From a virus (taxonomy: Duplodnaviria > Heunggongvirae > Uroviricota > Caudoviricetes): 30,004 nucleotides of DNA. The stretch is taken from IMG/VR virus record IMGVR_UViG_2872198387_000003; one strand, written 5' to 3'. A program made the position numbers and the translations under genes. This document shows positions 19,930 through 29,568 of the stretch, piece by piece. The notes beneath the pieces are model-generated. The model saw only the letters and a program-made list of their open reading frames with translations, was not told where the DNA came from and did no database searches. How positions within the stretch are numbered: the stretch's first letter is position 1; each line of letters starts with the position of its first letter.

Positions 19930-20528
19930 TACGCAAACTCCAGTAACTGCGCGGCCACATTTTCGACTTCCTCCGGAGAGGAAAATTTACGGAACAGGAT
20001 CCAGTTCCACAGCACATTCAGTACAGATTTATAAACCTGCTGAAACTCGGTTTCGTCCATGTTCGCAAATGCGATAGATTTTGCCCTGCGCCCACGACTA
20101 CCATCAGGATAAATATGCTCGGTGTAAAATCCGGCCTGAATGGTTACCCACTCGCGGAAAGCGTCAAACGACTTTAGCAATGCCGTATCCCGGGTTCTGC
20201 ATGTCGCAACTGTATTAAGGTATTGCTCTGCGGCATCACTCAGGGCTGGAGTGTGTTCCCGACCTACTGATTCGCACAGGTAATCAACGAAGCCTGATAC
20301 CAGTTTTCGTTCGCGAGGCGTGATCGCCCCACCGACCGGAGTCCAGTAATCAAATCCCAGTTGCAGGAGTTTGAAAAAACGCTTGTGGAATGCGTAGTTA
20401 CGCACACGCTTAAAGTCTGCGTGTATCCACTCACCTATTTTGATTTGATGCAAAAAATCGCAACTCTCCGGCGTCGCCGGGAGAAGTAATCCGGAAGAGG
20501 TTTGTTTGACCAGTTGTATATGCGCCAT
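19929..20528 (-). CDS. Hypothetical prophage (nin-region) protein, 199 aa
   Basis: Uninterrupted ORF coupled to the downstream gene. Confidence 0.5.
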   Translation of the reverse strand: MAHIQLVKQTSSGLLLPATPESCDFLHQIKIGEWIHADFKRVRNYAFHKRFFKLLQLGFDYWTPVGGAITPRERKLVSGFVDYLCESVGREHTPALSDAAEQYLNTVATCRTRDTALLKSFDAFREWVTIQAGFYTEHIYPDGSRGRRAKSIAFANMDETEFQQVYKSVLNVLWNWILFRKFSSPEEVENVAAQLLEFA

Positions 20529-20661
20529 CGTAGTTCTCCGCTGGCGCAGTAGAATGGGTGTTCAGCCCGTTATGTAGTATACCAGAATTAATGCCAATAC
20601 TAACAGGGTAATGCTGCCAACTTACTGATTTAGTGTATGATGGTGATTTTAAGGTGCTTGC

Positions 20662-20937
20662 GTGGCTTCCATTTCCATCAGATGTCCTTCCTGCTCCGCT
20701 ACTGAAGGCGTGGTGCGTAACGGCAAAAGCACTGCCGGACATCAGCGCTATCTCTGCTCTCATTGCCGTAAAACATGGCAACTACAGTTCACTTACACCG
20801 CCTCTCAGCCCGGTACGCACCAGAAAATCATTGATATGGCCATGAATGGCGTCGGATGTCGCGCCAGTGCACGCATTATGGGCGTTGGCCTCAACACGGT
20901 TTTACGTCACTTAAAAAACTCAGGCCGCAGTCGGTAA
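20662..20937 (+). CDS. insA: IS1 InsA
   Basis: [43 protein letters not shown]... Confidence 0.9.
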   Translation: MASISIRCPSCSATEGVVRNGKSTAGHQRYLCSHCRKTWQLQFTYTASQPGTHQKIIDMAMNGVGCRASARIMGVGLNTVLRHLKNSGRSR

Positions 20938-21359
20938 CCTCGCGCATACAACCGGGCAGTGATGTGATTGTCTGCGCTGAAATGGACGAACATTGGGGCT
21001 ACGTCGGTGCTAAATCACGTCAGCGCTGGCTGTTTTACGCGTATGACAGGATACGGAGGACGGTTGTGGCGCACGTCTTCGGTGAACGCACTCTGGCCAC
21101 ACTGGAGCGTCTTCTGAGCCTGCTGTCGGCCTTTGAGGTCGTGGTATGGATGACGGATGGCTGTCCGCTGTATGAATCACGCCTGAAGGGAAAGCTGCAC
21201 GTTATCAGCAAGCGTTACACTCAGCGCATTGAGCGACATAATCTGAATCTGAGACAACATCTGGCAAGGCTGGTACGGAAGTCACTGTCGTTCTCAAAAT
21301 CGGTGGAGCTGCATGACAAGGTCATCGGGCATTATCTGAACATAAAACACTATCAGTAA
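20856..21359 (+). CDS. insB: IS1 InsB frame (expressed as an InsAB' fusion by frameshift)
   Basis: ORF ...[18 protein letters not shown]...[15 protein letters not shown]. Confidence 0.85.
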   Translation: MSRQCTHYGRWPQHGFTSLKKLRPQSVTSRIQPGSDVIVCAEMDEHWGYVGAKSRQRWLFYAYDRIRRTVVAHVFGERTLATLERLLSLLSAFEVVVWMTDGCPLYESRLKGKLHVISKRYTQRIERHNLNLRQHLARLVRKSLSFSKSVELHDKVIGHYLNIKHYQ

Positions 21360-21376
21360 GTTGGAGTCATTACCTA

Positions 21377-21628
21377 CTAACAGGATGCTCTGACTCGCAA
21401 TTCATCCAGCAGTTTATCATTTCCCATAATGTCACTTACCCTCATCGGTAAAAAAATTGCCTTTCGACCATTACGATACATTATTGATTTTGGGGTTTCA
21501 GGGAAGTAATCCATTTCGACTATAACTGACAGGTCATCACGACGTATGACTGCGTATTTGCTACTAAATAGTTTCTTTATTTTTTCCACGATGCCCCCAG
21601 GTTTATAAGTACAAACGGTTATATCCAC
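21377..21628 (-). CDS. Hypothetical small prophage protein, 83 aa (possibly Rem-like); its stop codon lies inside the IS1 target duplication
   Basis: ORF MDITVCTYKPGGIVEKIKKLF...; the Rem name is a guess from size and the adjacent hok. Confidence 0.4.
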   Translation of the reverse strand: MDITVCTYKPGGIVEKIKKLFSSKYAVIRRDDLSVIVEMDYFPETPKSIMYRNGRKAIFLPMRVSDIMGNDKLLDELRVRASC

Positions 21629-21864
21629 ATAGAGACAAAAATATTAATCTGATAAATATTTATTTCACGCCGTATATTTGATTGTTTAATGTGCAAGTAC
21701 AATGACTTTTATTTTTTGTTGTGTATATAATCAAATATATGGTTATTTTTCACCCTGCGTATTCAGCACGCAACAAAAAACCCGCCGAAGCGGGTTTAGT
21801 GCGGGTGCGTTGAGGATGCCTGACACATGAGAGGTGGCGAGGGATTTCTCCCCCGCCTGGTCTC

Positions 21865-22020
21865 TTACTCCTCAGGTTCGTAAGCTGTGAAGACAGCGAC
21901 CTCCGTCTGGCCGGTTCGGATTCGTACCTCGCAGAGGTCTTTCCTCGTTACCAGTGCCGTCACTATGACGGTTAAACAGATGACGATCAGGGCGATTAAC
22001 ATCGCCTTTTGCTGCTTCAT
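21865..22020 (-). CDS. hok: Hok/Gef-family type I toxin (HokD/RelF-like), 51 aa; the in-frame upstream extension to 22077 is the mok-like reading frame
   Basis: MKQQKAMLIALIVICLTVIVTALVTRKDLCEVRIRTGQTEVAVFTAYEPEE matches my recollection of the Hok family. Confidence 0.8.
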   Translation of the reverse strand: MKQQKAMLIALIVICLTVIVTALVTRKDLCEVRIRTGQTEVAVFTAYEPEE

Positions 22021-22358
22021 AGCCTGCTTCTCCTTGCCTTTCGGCACGTAAGAGGCTAACCTACATTTGTGAGACATAGATTGGGCCTCAGATTAATGTT
22101 AAGCGTCTTGCAGGACGCGTAATGTTAACTGGGGCTTTTCTCTGTCTGCCTTACAGTGGCATGCCCGAGGCAGACAGCCTCAAGCACCCGCAGCAATCTT
22201 ACCGATACCGATAAGAAAACGCTATTTTTTATTGCCAGCACCTTCTATCCAGGCTAATTTATCTGCGTCAGAACGGCGCAATGCGCTCGCCTGAGATACG
22301 TTTACTTGCCATGGTAACAACAGGTAACGGCAATTGCTGTTTCTGTTTTGTTTCCTTC

Positions 22359-22392
22359 AAAAACCCCGGACCATCAATCCGGGGTTTTTGTT
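22359..22392. terminator. Bidirectional intrinsic terminator (CCCCGGA-ccatcaa-TCCGGGG flanked by an A-run and a T-run)
   Basis: 7-bp GC stem with poly-A upstream and TTTTTGTTTG downstream. Confidence 0.6.
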
Positions 22393-22474
22393 TGTTAACC
22401 CCAACGGCAAATCGAATACACCACCAGCGCCACCGCCATCGCAATTCCTACCGTGGTGAATGCCTCAGGCCAGG

Positions 22475-22840
22475 TCATTGATTCACCTCCTGCGGTGGTT
22501 CCGGTAGCGGCATCCAGTGAGTTGAGCTCTCTACTTCAACGCCGTCTTTGTCCACAAAAGCCATCTTATTCCCGCCACGAGTGGGGCAAAAAACCTTATC
22601 CCAGGAACCGGGGAATACATTCCCGAGATCATCGAGAAGAATCACATCGCAATATTCAGCAGGAACTGCATCACTACAGCTTATCCAGCCAGCCAGAGTT
22701 ACCGGAGAGTTGCCAGCCTTACGCATGGCCATTTCCACGATTTCAACCATATCTCCTGGTGGAATTTTACAAAGTTGCCCAATACATTTCTGCTGCCTGG
22801 CATATTCGAGAATGTGCTCCAGTTTGGTTCGATTAATCAT
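22475..22840 (-). CDS. Hypothetical prophage protein, 121 aa (DUF551-like)
   Basis: ORF coupled to the upstream gene (start at 22840). Confidence 0.45.
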   Translation of the reverse strand: MINRTKLEHILEYARQQKCIGQLCKIPPGDMVEIVEMAMRKAGNSPVTLAGWISCSDAVPAEYCDVILLDDLGNVFPGSWDKVFCPTRGGNKMAFVDKDGVEVESSTHWMPLPEPPQEVNQ

Positions 22841-23505
22841 TATTTATCTCCCTTAAGCATGGCAGCGCGGCAGGCGTTCCAGCCATCAACATAATCAAAC
22901 GTATTACTATCGTTTGGCCCGATTTCATCCGGCACTATCGGCTCTGGTTGGATAGTGACGTTGGCAAAGGCAGCACGCAAACCGGTTTTAATTTCTTCGA
23001 TTTCATCAGAGCCAAGCGATGAATCTGACAGTGCGTGATGGAATGCGTAAGCCATGTCGTCGTTTACTGCAACCGGCACTGCCGGCGCTGCGTAAAGCGG
23101 TGTTATATCTGCCCGAAAATCACATGCTTTATGCAGTCGTACCCAACGCTCAACTTCCGCTTTGTAAAAATATATAGCAGTGAACGTATTAGATTCCTGG
23201 TCAACTTGAGTAAACGTCACCTTCCACGCTACAGCTACGGCTTTCCATCCATCAGGTTGTCGCATTCGCGGGGCAGCATAAAGCTCATGCATTCCATCAG
23301 GCAGCGAGTGACCCACATACTCACCGAACCCGTCAATACACATGCCCCCATCTTCAACAATGCATTCCGCTACAGGCTCTGCTTCCAGTGATGCCAGAGC
23401 GATAAGCGCCAGTTCACGAATTTCACCGCCGTCTATATCGTCAATATCATCGCGGCCAGAAATGTTAGCCAGCCATTGCAGTCGCTCTTTGGTAATAGTA
23501 GTCAT
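22840..23505 (-). CDS. Hypothetical prophage protein, 221 aa, acidic N-terminal region
   Basis: Uninterrupted ORF overlapping its neighbours' stop/start codons. Confidence 0.5.
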   Translation of the reverse strand: MTTITKERLQWLANISGRDDIDDIDGGEIRELALIALASLEAEPVAECIVEDGGMCIDGFGEYVGHSLPDGMHELYAAPRMRQPDGWKAVAVAWKVTFTQVDQESNTFTAIYFYKAEVERWVRLHKACDFRADITPLYAAPAVPVAVNDDMAYAFHHALSDSSLGSDEIEEIKTGLRAAFANVTIQPEPIVPDEIGPNDSNTFDYVDGWNACRAAMLKGDK

Positions 23506-23867
23506 GCCGTAGCCCCTTCTTGATATTTTTCAAACCAGAACACAACCGGGTCAGATTTCATTTCAACCAATCCCATACGAACCAGCGCTTTGCCTTTCCC
23601 GGACGCAAGGAATTCACGACGACCATCACTGATAATTCGTCGATAATCTTCCAGGCTACTGCAATGCTTGTGCAGATTGCATGGGTGGCATTCTGGTACC
23701 ATGTTGGATATATCGTCACGTTCCTGGTGAAGCATATTTCCATCAAAACGAATGACCGGTTTTACATGGTCTGCATGCCACTTTTCGCCAAGTTCGCAGC
23801 CGCAATAAGCGCAGCGACCACCGAACTTCATGCGCAGTTCTGCACGTTGTTTTTTCGTCAGTGCCAT
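23502..23867 (-). CDS. HNH endonuclease, 121 aa from ATG 23867
   Basis: CAYCGCELGEKWHADHVKPV...NMVPECHPCNLHK (HNH with two CxxC pairs); AAGGA RBS. Confidence 0.7.
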   Translation of the reverse strand: MALTKKQRAELRMKFGGRCAYCGCELGEKWHADHVKPVIRFDGNMLHQERDDISNMVPECHPCNLHKHCSSLEDYRRIISDGRREFLASGKGKALVRMGLVEMKSDPVVFWFEKYQEGATA

Positions 23868-24179
23868 ATCAGCTTTCCTTATACGGATTAATTTTATTGT
23901 GCAGTGTGTTGAATGACGCCCATACCACGTCGTTATACAATTCAATAACTGGCTCAATTATTTTTCCGATTATCCAGACAAAAATTTGCGGGGATATCGG
24001 TGTCATCAACACGATAAACAGAATGAGAAACAGGAATTCTGTTGTTCTACTCTTTCGCGGATATTTTTTTCTAAATAATGTAACCATTCATTACCGCCCT
24101 TTCGGGCGGTCTCCTGATGATTTGAGGGTGCAGAAATCCCTCCGGTTAAGGATTAAATTTTTAACAGTGCTAAATTTAA

Positions 24180-24536
24180 TTATTCAGTTCTGGATTTTGT
24201 CGCCCTGCGTATCCGCGCTTTCGCGTTACGCTCAATCTGTATCAGCTTTTCTATATTTCTCCGCCTTTCCTGTTCCTCCTGGCGCAATAGCCTTACATCA
24301 TCTGCCAGTCTGGTTTCTCTTTTTGCCACAGAGAGCATCCAGTCAAACGGCTCCACAACCGCACCGCAGATTTTACAGCGGACCTGACGCTCTTTTTCGT
24401 CAACCCGTACAGAGGCGTGATGGCAATATGGTCTTTCCGATGGCTTATAAAGAAAATTAACCTGATTACGAGGGTCATCCTCTTTTATCGGAAATAAAAC
24501 GATATTGCTTAACTCATCTTCTGGTTTTATTTCCAT
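24180..24536 (-). CDS. Hypothetical zinc-ribbon protein, 118 aa
   Basis: GGAGAGGA RBS before ATG 24536; CHH...CKIC motif; basic C-terminus. Confidence 0.45.
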   Translation of the reverse strand: MEIKPEDELSNIVLFPIKEDDPRNQVNFLYKPSERPYCHHASVRVDEKERQVRCKICGAVVEPFDWMLSVAKRETRLADDVRLLRQEEQERRRNIEKLIQIERNAKARIRRATKSRTE

Positions 24537-24593
24537 GCTCCTCTCCTTTGATGCGAATGCCAGCGGTAATTGAAGCCTGATAGCTAATTTCAT

Positions 24594-25016
24594 TCACAGT
24601 ATCGCCTCCTGAAAATTACCCTGATAGAAAGCCAGTACACGCTGCATAGCTTCGCTCTTCCGGCACTCGCGACAGATTATATTCAGGCGCCTGTCGTAGC
24701 GGCGTATTTCTCCGTCAGGTAATGACCAGATAAGGTCCGGATCAACAACAACCGGTTTCCTCACCTTTACTCTCGAGAGTTTTTTGCGGGCGCTTTGCCA
24801 GTCCTTGCGAGCCTGTTCAGACGGGAATAAGCCGTAGCCAGAATTATATACATCACCACTTGCGACCAGTTCTATGCATAAGCGACCGACAGACGCACGA
24901 CTGATACCTGTTTCATCGGACAACTGCCGAATCGTGACCCGACCGTCCTGATGCACGAGTTCCACAATTCGCGTCTTCAGTTCTTCCCGCTGTTCGGGAG
25001 TAAAAGGTTTCGCCAT
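24594..25016 (-). CDS. Hypothetical winged-helix/HTH protein, 140 aa
   Basis: AGGAGG RBS; HTH-like segment VTIRQLSDETGISRASVGRL. Confidence 0.5.
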   Translation of the reverse strand: MAKPFTPEQREELKTRIVELVHQDGRVTIRQLSDETGISRASVGRLCIELVASGDVYNSGYGLFPSEQARKDWQSARKKLSRVKVRKPVVVDPDLIWSLPDGEIRRYDRRLNIICRECRKSEAMQRVLAFYQGNFQEAIL

Positions 25017-25030
25017 AAATCCTCCTGAAA

Positions 25031-25774
25031 CTACTTAACAACCCTCGAATGGCTAACATTCGGACGCCAGCTCTCCCAGTTAAAATTAACCCAGCGCCCG
25101 CCGTTCATGACCATGCGATCCATCACCCGCTCGCCGAGAAGTGTATTCATCGCTGCATGGTTAATATTTGTCAGCATCCCCACACCGCGTAACGATGCCG
25201 TCCGGCGATCAACAATCTGGTTCAGTACCACCTGCTCGTTTTTCGTATCCCGCTGCATGCCAATTTCATCCAGGACCAGCAGGTCAACACCACAAAGCTC
25301 CTGTAAAAATTTTTCACCGGATTTGCCGTTGTCGTAGCTCTCATGCAACACGCTCATGACATCGGACACGGTGACGATAATCACGCTACGCCCCTTCGCC
25401 ATCAGCCGGTTGCCAATCGCGGCTGCAAGATGATTTTTTCCGGTGCCGGGCTTACCGCTGAACACAAAATTCGTACAGCCTGTCATCAGTTCGTCAGCTA
25501 TGGATTTCGCCTGACTCAGTGCATGTCGCTGACCGTCGTTCTGCGCCCGGTAATTCGCAAACGAACACTTCCGGTGCAACGGCTGGATGCCGGAGCGGAG
25601 GATTTTTTCCACCCGCAACTGACGATTCAGGCGGTTGATCTCCTCGCAACGTTTCTGGCCTTCAGCAAGTTGCCACTCGCGCCACTCCGCAACCGTTCTG
25701 AATGGGGCGGTTACATGTGGTGGGGTCAGTCTGCGGATACGCTCCAGAACGCCTCCTGTCGCAATATTTTTCAT
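25031..25774 (-). CDS. DnaC-like replicative helicase loader (AAA+ ATPase), prophage-encoded
   Basis: Walker A GKPGTGKNHLAAAIG and Walker B LLVLDEIG; strong resemblance to my memory of E. coli DnaC (...MLTNINHAAMNTLLGERVMDRM...). Confidence 0.85.
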   Translation of the reverse strand: MKNIATGGVLERIRRLTPPHVTAPFRTVAEWREWQLAEGQKRCEEINRLNRQLRVEKILRSGIQPLHRKCSFANYRAQNDGQRHALSQAKSIADELMTGCTNFVFSGKPGTGKNHLAAAIGNRLMAKGRSVIIVTVSDVMSVLHESYDNGKSGEKFLQELCGVDLLVLDEIGMQRDTKNEQVVLNQIVDRRTASLRGVGMLTNINHAAMNTLLGERVMDRMVMNGGRWVNFNWESWRPNVSHSRVVK

Positions 25775-26612
25775 GGTCTGTTACCCCCTGAAGCCTAGCG
25801 GGATCGCACTGTCCGGCAACGAGACGGTGTTAACCTGTCGGAGCAACGTCTCAGGCCGAACACCTTTCGGCGCGAACAGACCCTGGTATTCATTGGCGAT
25901 GCTGTGTCGAATCACCTGCTCAGGTGTAAAACCCTGCTGACGGAATTTTTCCAGTTCCCGTATCGCCCCGTTAGCGCCCAGCTCCGTTCGAATCGGTTTT
26001 CGCAATGCCTGCCTGAACTGGACCCACTCATGCCAGAGTGTTTCTGGCAACCAGTCGGGCAGATCAACTGACAACGGGTCAAATTTTTTCTGGCGAACAG
26101 CCCCACCGATAACCAGAATTCCCTGCTCGGTGTGCCTTGCGATATCACTGCGCCGCAAGACACATATCCCGGTTTCAACAGCACCGATTTTGAGCAGTGA
26201 TTTCTGTCGCGGAGAATTTCGGTCAAGCTCGATCCCACACCGGACACCGTTCCTGTCAGTCACGACGATATCAATCCGCCCTCCGCAACCGTCACCACGC
26301 TCTGGCACCGGATACTCACGACAGACATCCAGGCCAGCAGCCTGCAACGCAACCACCGCAGAATTACAAAATTCCGCTGCAGTACCGCCAGATAATCTCC
26401 CCTCAAGCACTCCAGCCACAAAATCCCGAAACTCCCTTCCGGAAGGGAAGGGTTTGGGATGGGTTAGATCTGTTTTTAGATCTTTATCTGTATCTTTATT
26501 AGTTGCCTTTGTGTTGGCATCTAGACTGGCCCCCTGAATCTCCAGACAACCAGTATCACTTATTTAAGTGATAGTCTTAATACTAGTTTTTAGACTAGTC
26601 ATTGGAGAACAG

Positions 26613-26978
26613 ATGATTGATGTCTTAGGACCGGAGAAACGCAGACGGCGTACCACACAGGAAAAGATCGCAATTGTTCAGCAGAGCTTTGAACCGGGGA
26701 TGACGGTCTCCCTCGTTGCCCGGCAACATGGTGTAGCAGCCAGCCAGTTATTTCTCTGGCGTAAGCAATACCAGGAAGGAAGTCTTACTGCTGTGGCCGC
26801 CGGAGAACAGGTTGTTCCTGCCTCTGAACTTGCTGCCGCCATGAAGCAGATTAAAGAACTCCAGCGCCTGCTCGGCAAGAAAACGATGAAAAATGAACTC
26901 CTCAAAGAAGCCGTTGAATATGGACGGGCAAAAAAGTGGATAGCGCACGCGCCCTTATTGCCCGGGGATGGGGAGTAA
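26613..26978 (+). CDS. insC: IS2 InsC (copy 2)
   Basis: Identical protein to copy 1. Confidence 0.9.
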   Translation: MIDVLGPEKRRRRTTQEKIAIVQQSFEPGMTVSLVARQHGVAASQLFLWRKQYQEGSLTAVAAGEQVVPASELAAAMKQIKELQRLLGKKTMKNELLKEAVEYGRAKKWIAHAPLLPGDGE

Positions 26979-27841
26979 GCTTAGTCAGCCGTTGTCTCCG
27001 GGTGTCGCGTGCGCAGTTGCACGTCATTCTCAGACGAACCGATGACTGGATGGATGGCCGCCGCAGTCGTCACACTGATGATACGGATGTGCTTCTCCGT
27101 ATACACCATGTTATCGGAGAGCTGCCCACGTATGGTTATCGTCGGGTATGGGCGCTGCTTCGCAGACAGGCAGAACTTGATGGTATGCCTGCGATCAATG
27201 CCAAACGTGTTTACCGGCTCATGCGCCAGAATGCGCTGTTGCTTGAGCGAAAACCTGCTGTACCGCCATCGAAACGGGCACATACAGGCAGAGTGGCCGT
27301 GAAAGAAAGCAATCAGCGATGGTGCTCTGACGGGTTCGAGTTCTGCTGTGATAACGGAGAGAGACTGCGTGTCACGTTCGCGCTGGACTGCTGTGATCGT
27401 GAGGCACTGCACTGGGCGGTGACTACCGGCGGCTTCAACAGTGAAACAGTACAGGACGTCATGCTGGGAGCAGTGGAACGCCGCTTCGGCAACGATCTTC
27501 CGTCGTCTCCAGTGGAGTGGCTGACGGATAATGGTTCATGCTACCGGGCTAATGAAACACGCCAGTTCGCCCGGATGTTGGGACTTGAACCGAAGAACAC
27601 GGCGGTGCGGAGTCCGGAGAGTAACGGAATAGCAGAGAGCTTCGTGAAAACGATAAAGCGTGACTACATCAGTATCATGCCCAAACCAGACGGGTTAACG
27701 GCAGCAAAGAACCTTGCAGAGGCGTTCGAGCATTATAACGAATGGCATCCGCATAGTGCGCTGGGTTATCGCTCGCCACGGGAATATCTGCGGCAGCGGG
27801 CTTGTAATGGGTTAAGTGATAACAGATGTCTGGAAATATAG
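26936..27841 (+). CDS. insD: IS2 InsD (copy 2)
   Basis: Identical protein to copy 1. Confidence 0.9.
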   Translation: MDSARALIARGWGVSLVSRCLRVSRAQLHVILRRTDDWMDGRRSRHTDDTDVLLRIHHVIGELPTYGYRRVWALLRRQAELDGMPAINAKRVYRLMRQNALLLERKPAVPPSKRAHTGRVAVKESNQRWCSDGFEFCCDNGERLRVTFALDCCDREALHWAVTTGGFNSETVQDVMLGAVERRFGNDLPSSPVEWLTDNGSCYRANETRQFARMLGLEPKNTAVRSPESNGIAESFVKTIKRDYISIMPKPDGLTAAKNLAEAFEHYNEWHPHSALGYRSPREYLRQRACNGLSDNRCLEI

Positions 27842-28368
27842 GGGCAAATCCAGCATCATGTTCGAACACCACTCCAACATCTGTTTGAACACCTGTTAAA
27901 TTTCTCTCTTGTTTTGTTTGAACATCTGCTTCCTTTCTGCTTCTTCTGGCCTGAACAGATGCTTTTCCTGCGGCTGATTTTTTGGTTAATTTTTCTCTGA
28001 CAGATGCCAGATCTTCCTCAATCCGAAGATGCATCCATTCGTCGCCGTTATCACAAAAAAACTCCCGCAAGGATGGTTCAACATCAACCCATCGCTCGTT
28101 AGTCAGACGGGCAATTTTTGCCAACCTGTTTTTGGGTATTGGCTTTCCTGTTTGCCAGTAATTGAACATCAGCAACAAATACGCGCCGTGCTCCTCTGCT
28201 GACAAATGCATGGTGTCAGCCAGGTAATCAGCTATGTACAGTTGCATGTATGGTAATGCGGCCATAATTGCCCCGTATGATGCTACCCGGTTGCTTAGAA
28301 TAAGTGAGGTAGCCTGAGTTTAACGGACACTCCTTCCTGAAATAGAATGGCATCAGAAGGAGCTAATA

Positions 28369-28671
28369 ATGAGCAGAAAAACCCAACGTTACTCTAAAGA
28401 GTTCAAAGCCGAAGCTGTCAGAACGGTTCTTGAAAATCAACTTTCGATCAGTGAAGGCGCTTCCCGATTATCCCTTCCTGAAGGCACTTTAGGACAATGG
28501 GTTACCGCCGCCAGAAAAGGGCTCGGTACTCCTGGTTCCCGCACGGTGGCTGAACTGGAATCTGAAATTCTGCAACTGCGTAAGGCGTTAAATGAAGCTC
28601 GCCTTGAGCGAGATATATTAAAAAAAGCAACAGCGTATTTTGCACAGGAGTCGCTGAAAAATACGCGTTAA
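28369..28671 (+). CDS. IS600 OrfA (copy 4)
   Basis: Identical to the other copies. Confidence 0.9.
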   Translation: MSRKTQRYSKEFKAEAVRTVLENQLSISEGASRLSLPEGTLGQWVTAARKGLGTPGSRTVAELESEILQLRKALNEARLERDILKKATAYFAQESLKNTR

Positions 28672-28706
28672 TCGAACAATGGCGACAACAATTTCCTATT
28701 GAAGCG

Positions 28707-29525
28707 ATGTGTCAGGTATTTGGTGTATCCAGGAGCGGTTATTACAACTGGGTACAGCATGAACCCTCAGACAGAAAACAAAGTGATGAGCGGCTAAAAC
28801 TGGAGATTAAGGTGGCACATATCCGCACTCGCGAAACATATGGAACCCGGCGGCTCCAGACGGAGCTGGCAGAGAATGGCATCATCGTTGGTCGTGACCG
28901 ACTGGCACGTCTTCGTAAGGAGCTGAGGCTACGCTGTAAGCAGAAACGCAAGTTCAGAGCGACTACGAACCCGAACCACAATCTGCCAGTTGCGCCAAAT
29001 CTGCTGAACCAGACGTTCGCTCCTACAGCACCAAATCAGGTCTGGGTGGCGGACCTGACGTATGTTGCCACACAGGAGGGATGGTTGTACCTCGCTGGCA
29101 TCAAAGATGTTTATACGTGTGAAATTGTCGGCTACGCCATGGGAGAGCGCATGACAAAAGAGCTGACAGGTAAAGCCCTGTTTATGGCGCTCAGGAGCCA
29201 GCGCCCACCTGCCGGGCTAATCCACCACTCTGATCGAGGTTCACAGTACTGCGCATACGATTACCGGGTCATACAGGAGCAGTCTGGTCTGAAAACATCA
29301 ATGTCGCGTAAAGGTAACTGTTACGACAACGCTCCGATGGAAAGCTTCTGGGGAACGCTGAAAAATGAGAGCCTGAGCCACTATCGTTTTAATAACCGGG
29401 ATGAAGCCATCTCAGTAATACGGGAATACATTGAGATTTTCTACAATCGTCAGCGTCGTCACTCTCGTCTGGGGAATATCTCCCCGGCAGCCTTCAGGGA
29501 AAAATATCATCAGATGGCTGCTTAA
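28707..29525 (+). CDS. IS600 OrfB (copy 4)
   Basis: Identical to copy 1. Confidence 0.9.
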   Translation: MCQVFGVSRSGYYNWVQHEPSDRKQSDERLKLEIKVAHIRTRETYGTRRLQTELAENGIIVGRDRLARLRKELRLRCKQKRKFRATTNPNHNLPVAPNLLNQTFAPTAPNQVWVADLTYVATQEGWLYLAGIKDVYTCEIVGYAMGERMTKELTGKALFMALRSQRPPAGLIHHSDRGSQYCAYDYRVIQEQSGLKTSMSRKGNCYDNAPMESFWGTLKNESLSHYRFNNRDEAISVIREYIEIFYNRQRRHSRLGNISPAAFREKYHQMAA

Positions 29526-29568
29526 AAAAAGAACAAATGGTAGTGTCCGCTATTGCCAGTACACCTCA

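Larger units (their letters stand above)
20607..21374 (+). mobile_element. IS1, 768 bp, 9-bp TSD TACTAACAG (20598-20606 and 21375-21383)
   Basis: Ends GGTAATGCTGCCAACTTACTGAT ... AAGTTGGAGTCATTACC; insA and insB frames; perfect 9-bp direct repeat. Confidence 0.92.
26522..27852 (+). mobile_element. IS2 copy 2, 1331 bp, 5-bp TSD GCATC (26517-26521 and 27853-27857)
   Basis: Same ends as copy 1; perfect flanking direct repeat. Confidence 0.92.
25781..28265 (-). pseudogene. Phage replication-initiation (O-like) protein split by IS2 copy 2; N-part 27853-28265, C-part 25781-26521
   Basis: Removing IS2 and one copy of the 5-bp TSD restores a single open frame (...VFEHDANTKATNKD...GDGCGGRIDIVVTD...GFRG*) directly upstream of the dnaC-like gene. 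Confidence 0.6.
28305..29568 (+). mobile_element. IS600 copy 4, 1264 bp, no target-site duplication (flanks AAG / GGA)
   Basis: Same ends; flanking triplets differ. Confidence 0.9.

Noticed and set aside
22395-22439. 14-codon hydrophobic ORF (MAVALVVYSICRWG) with an AGGAA RBS just upstream of the bidirectional terminator
   Set aside because: Too short to judge and it overlaps the terminator U-tract; could be a small toxic peptide but there is no supporting evidence.
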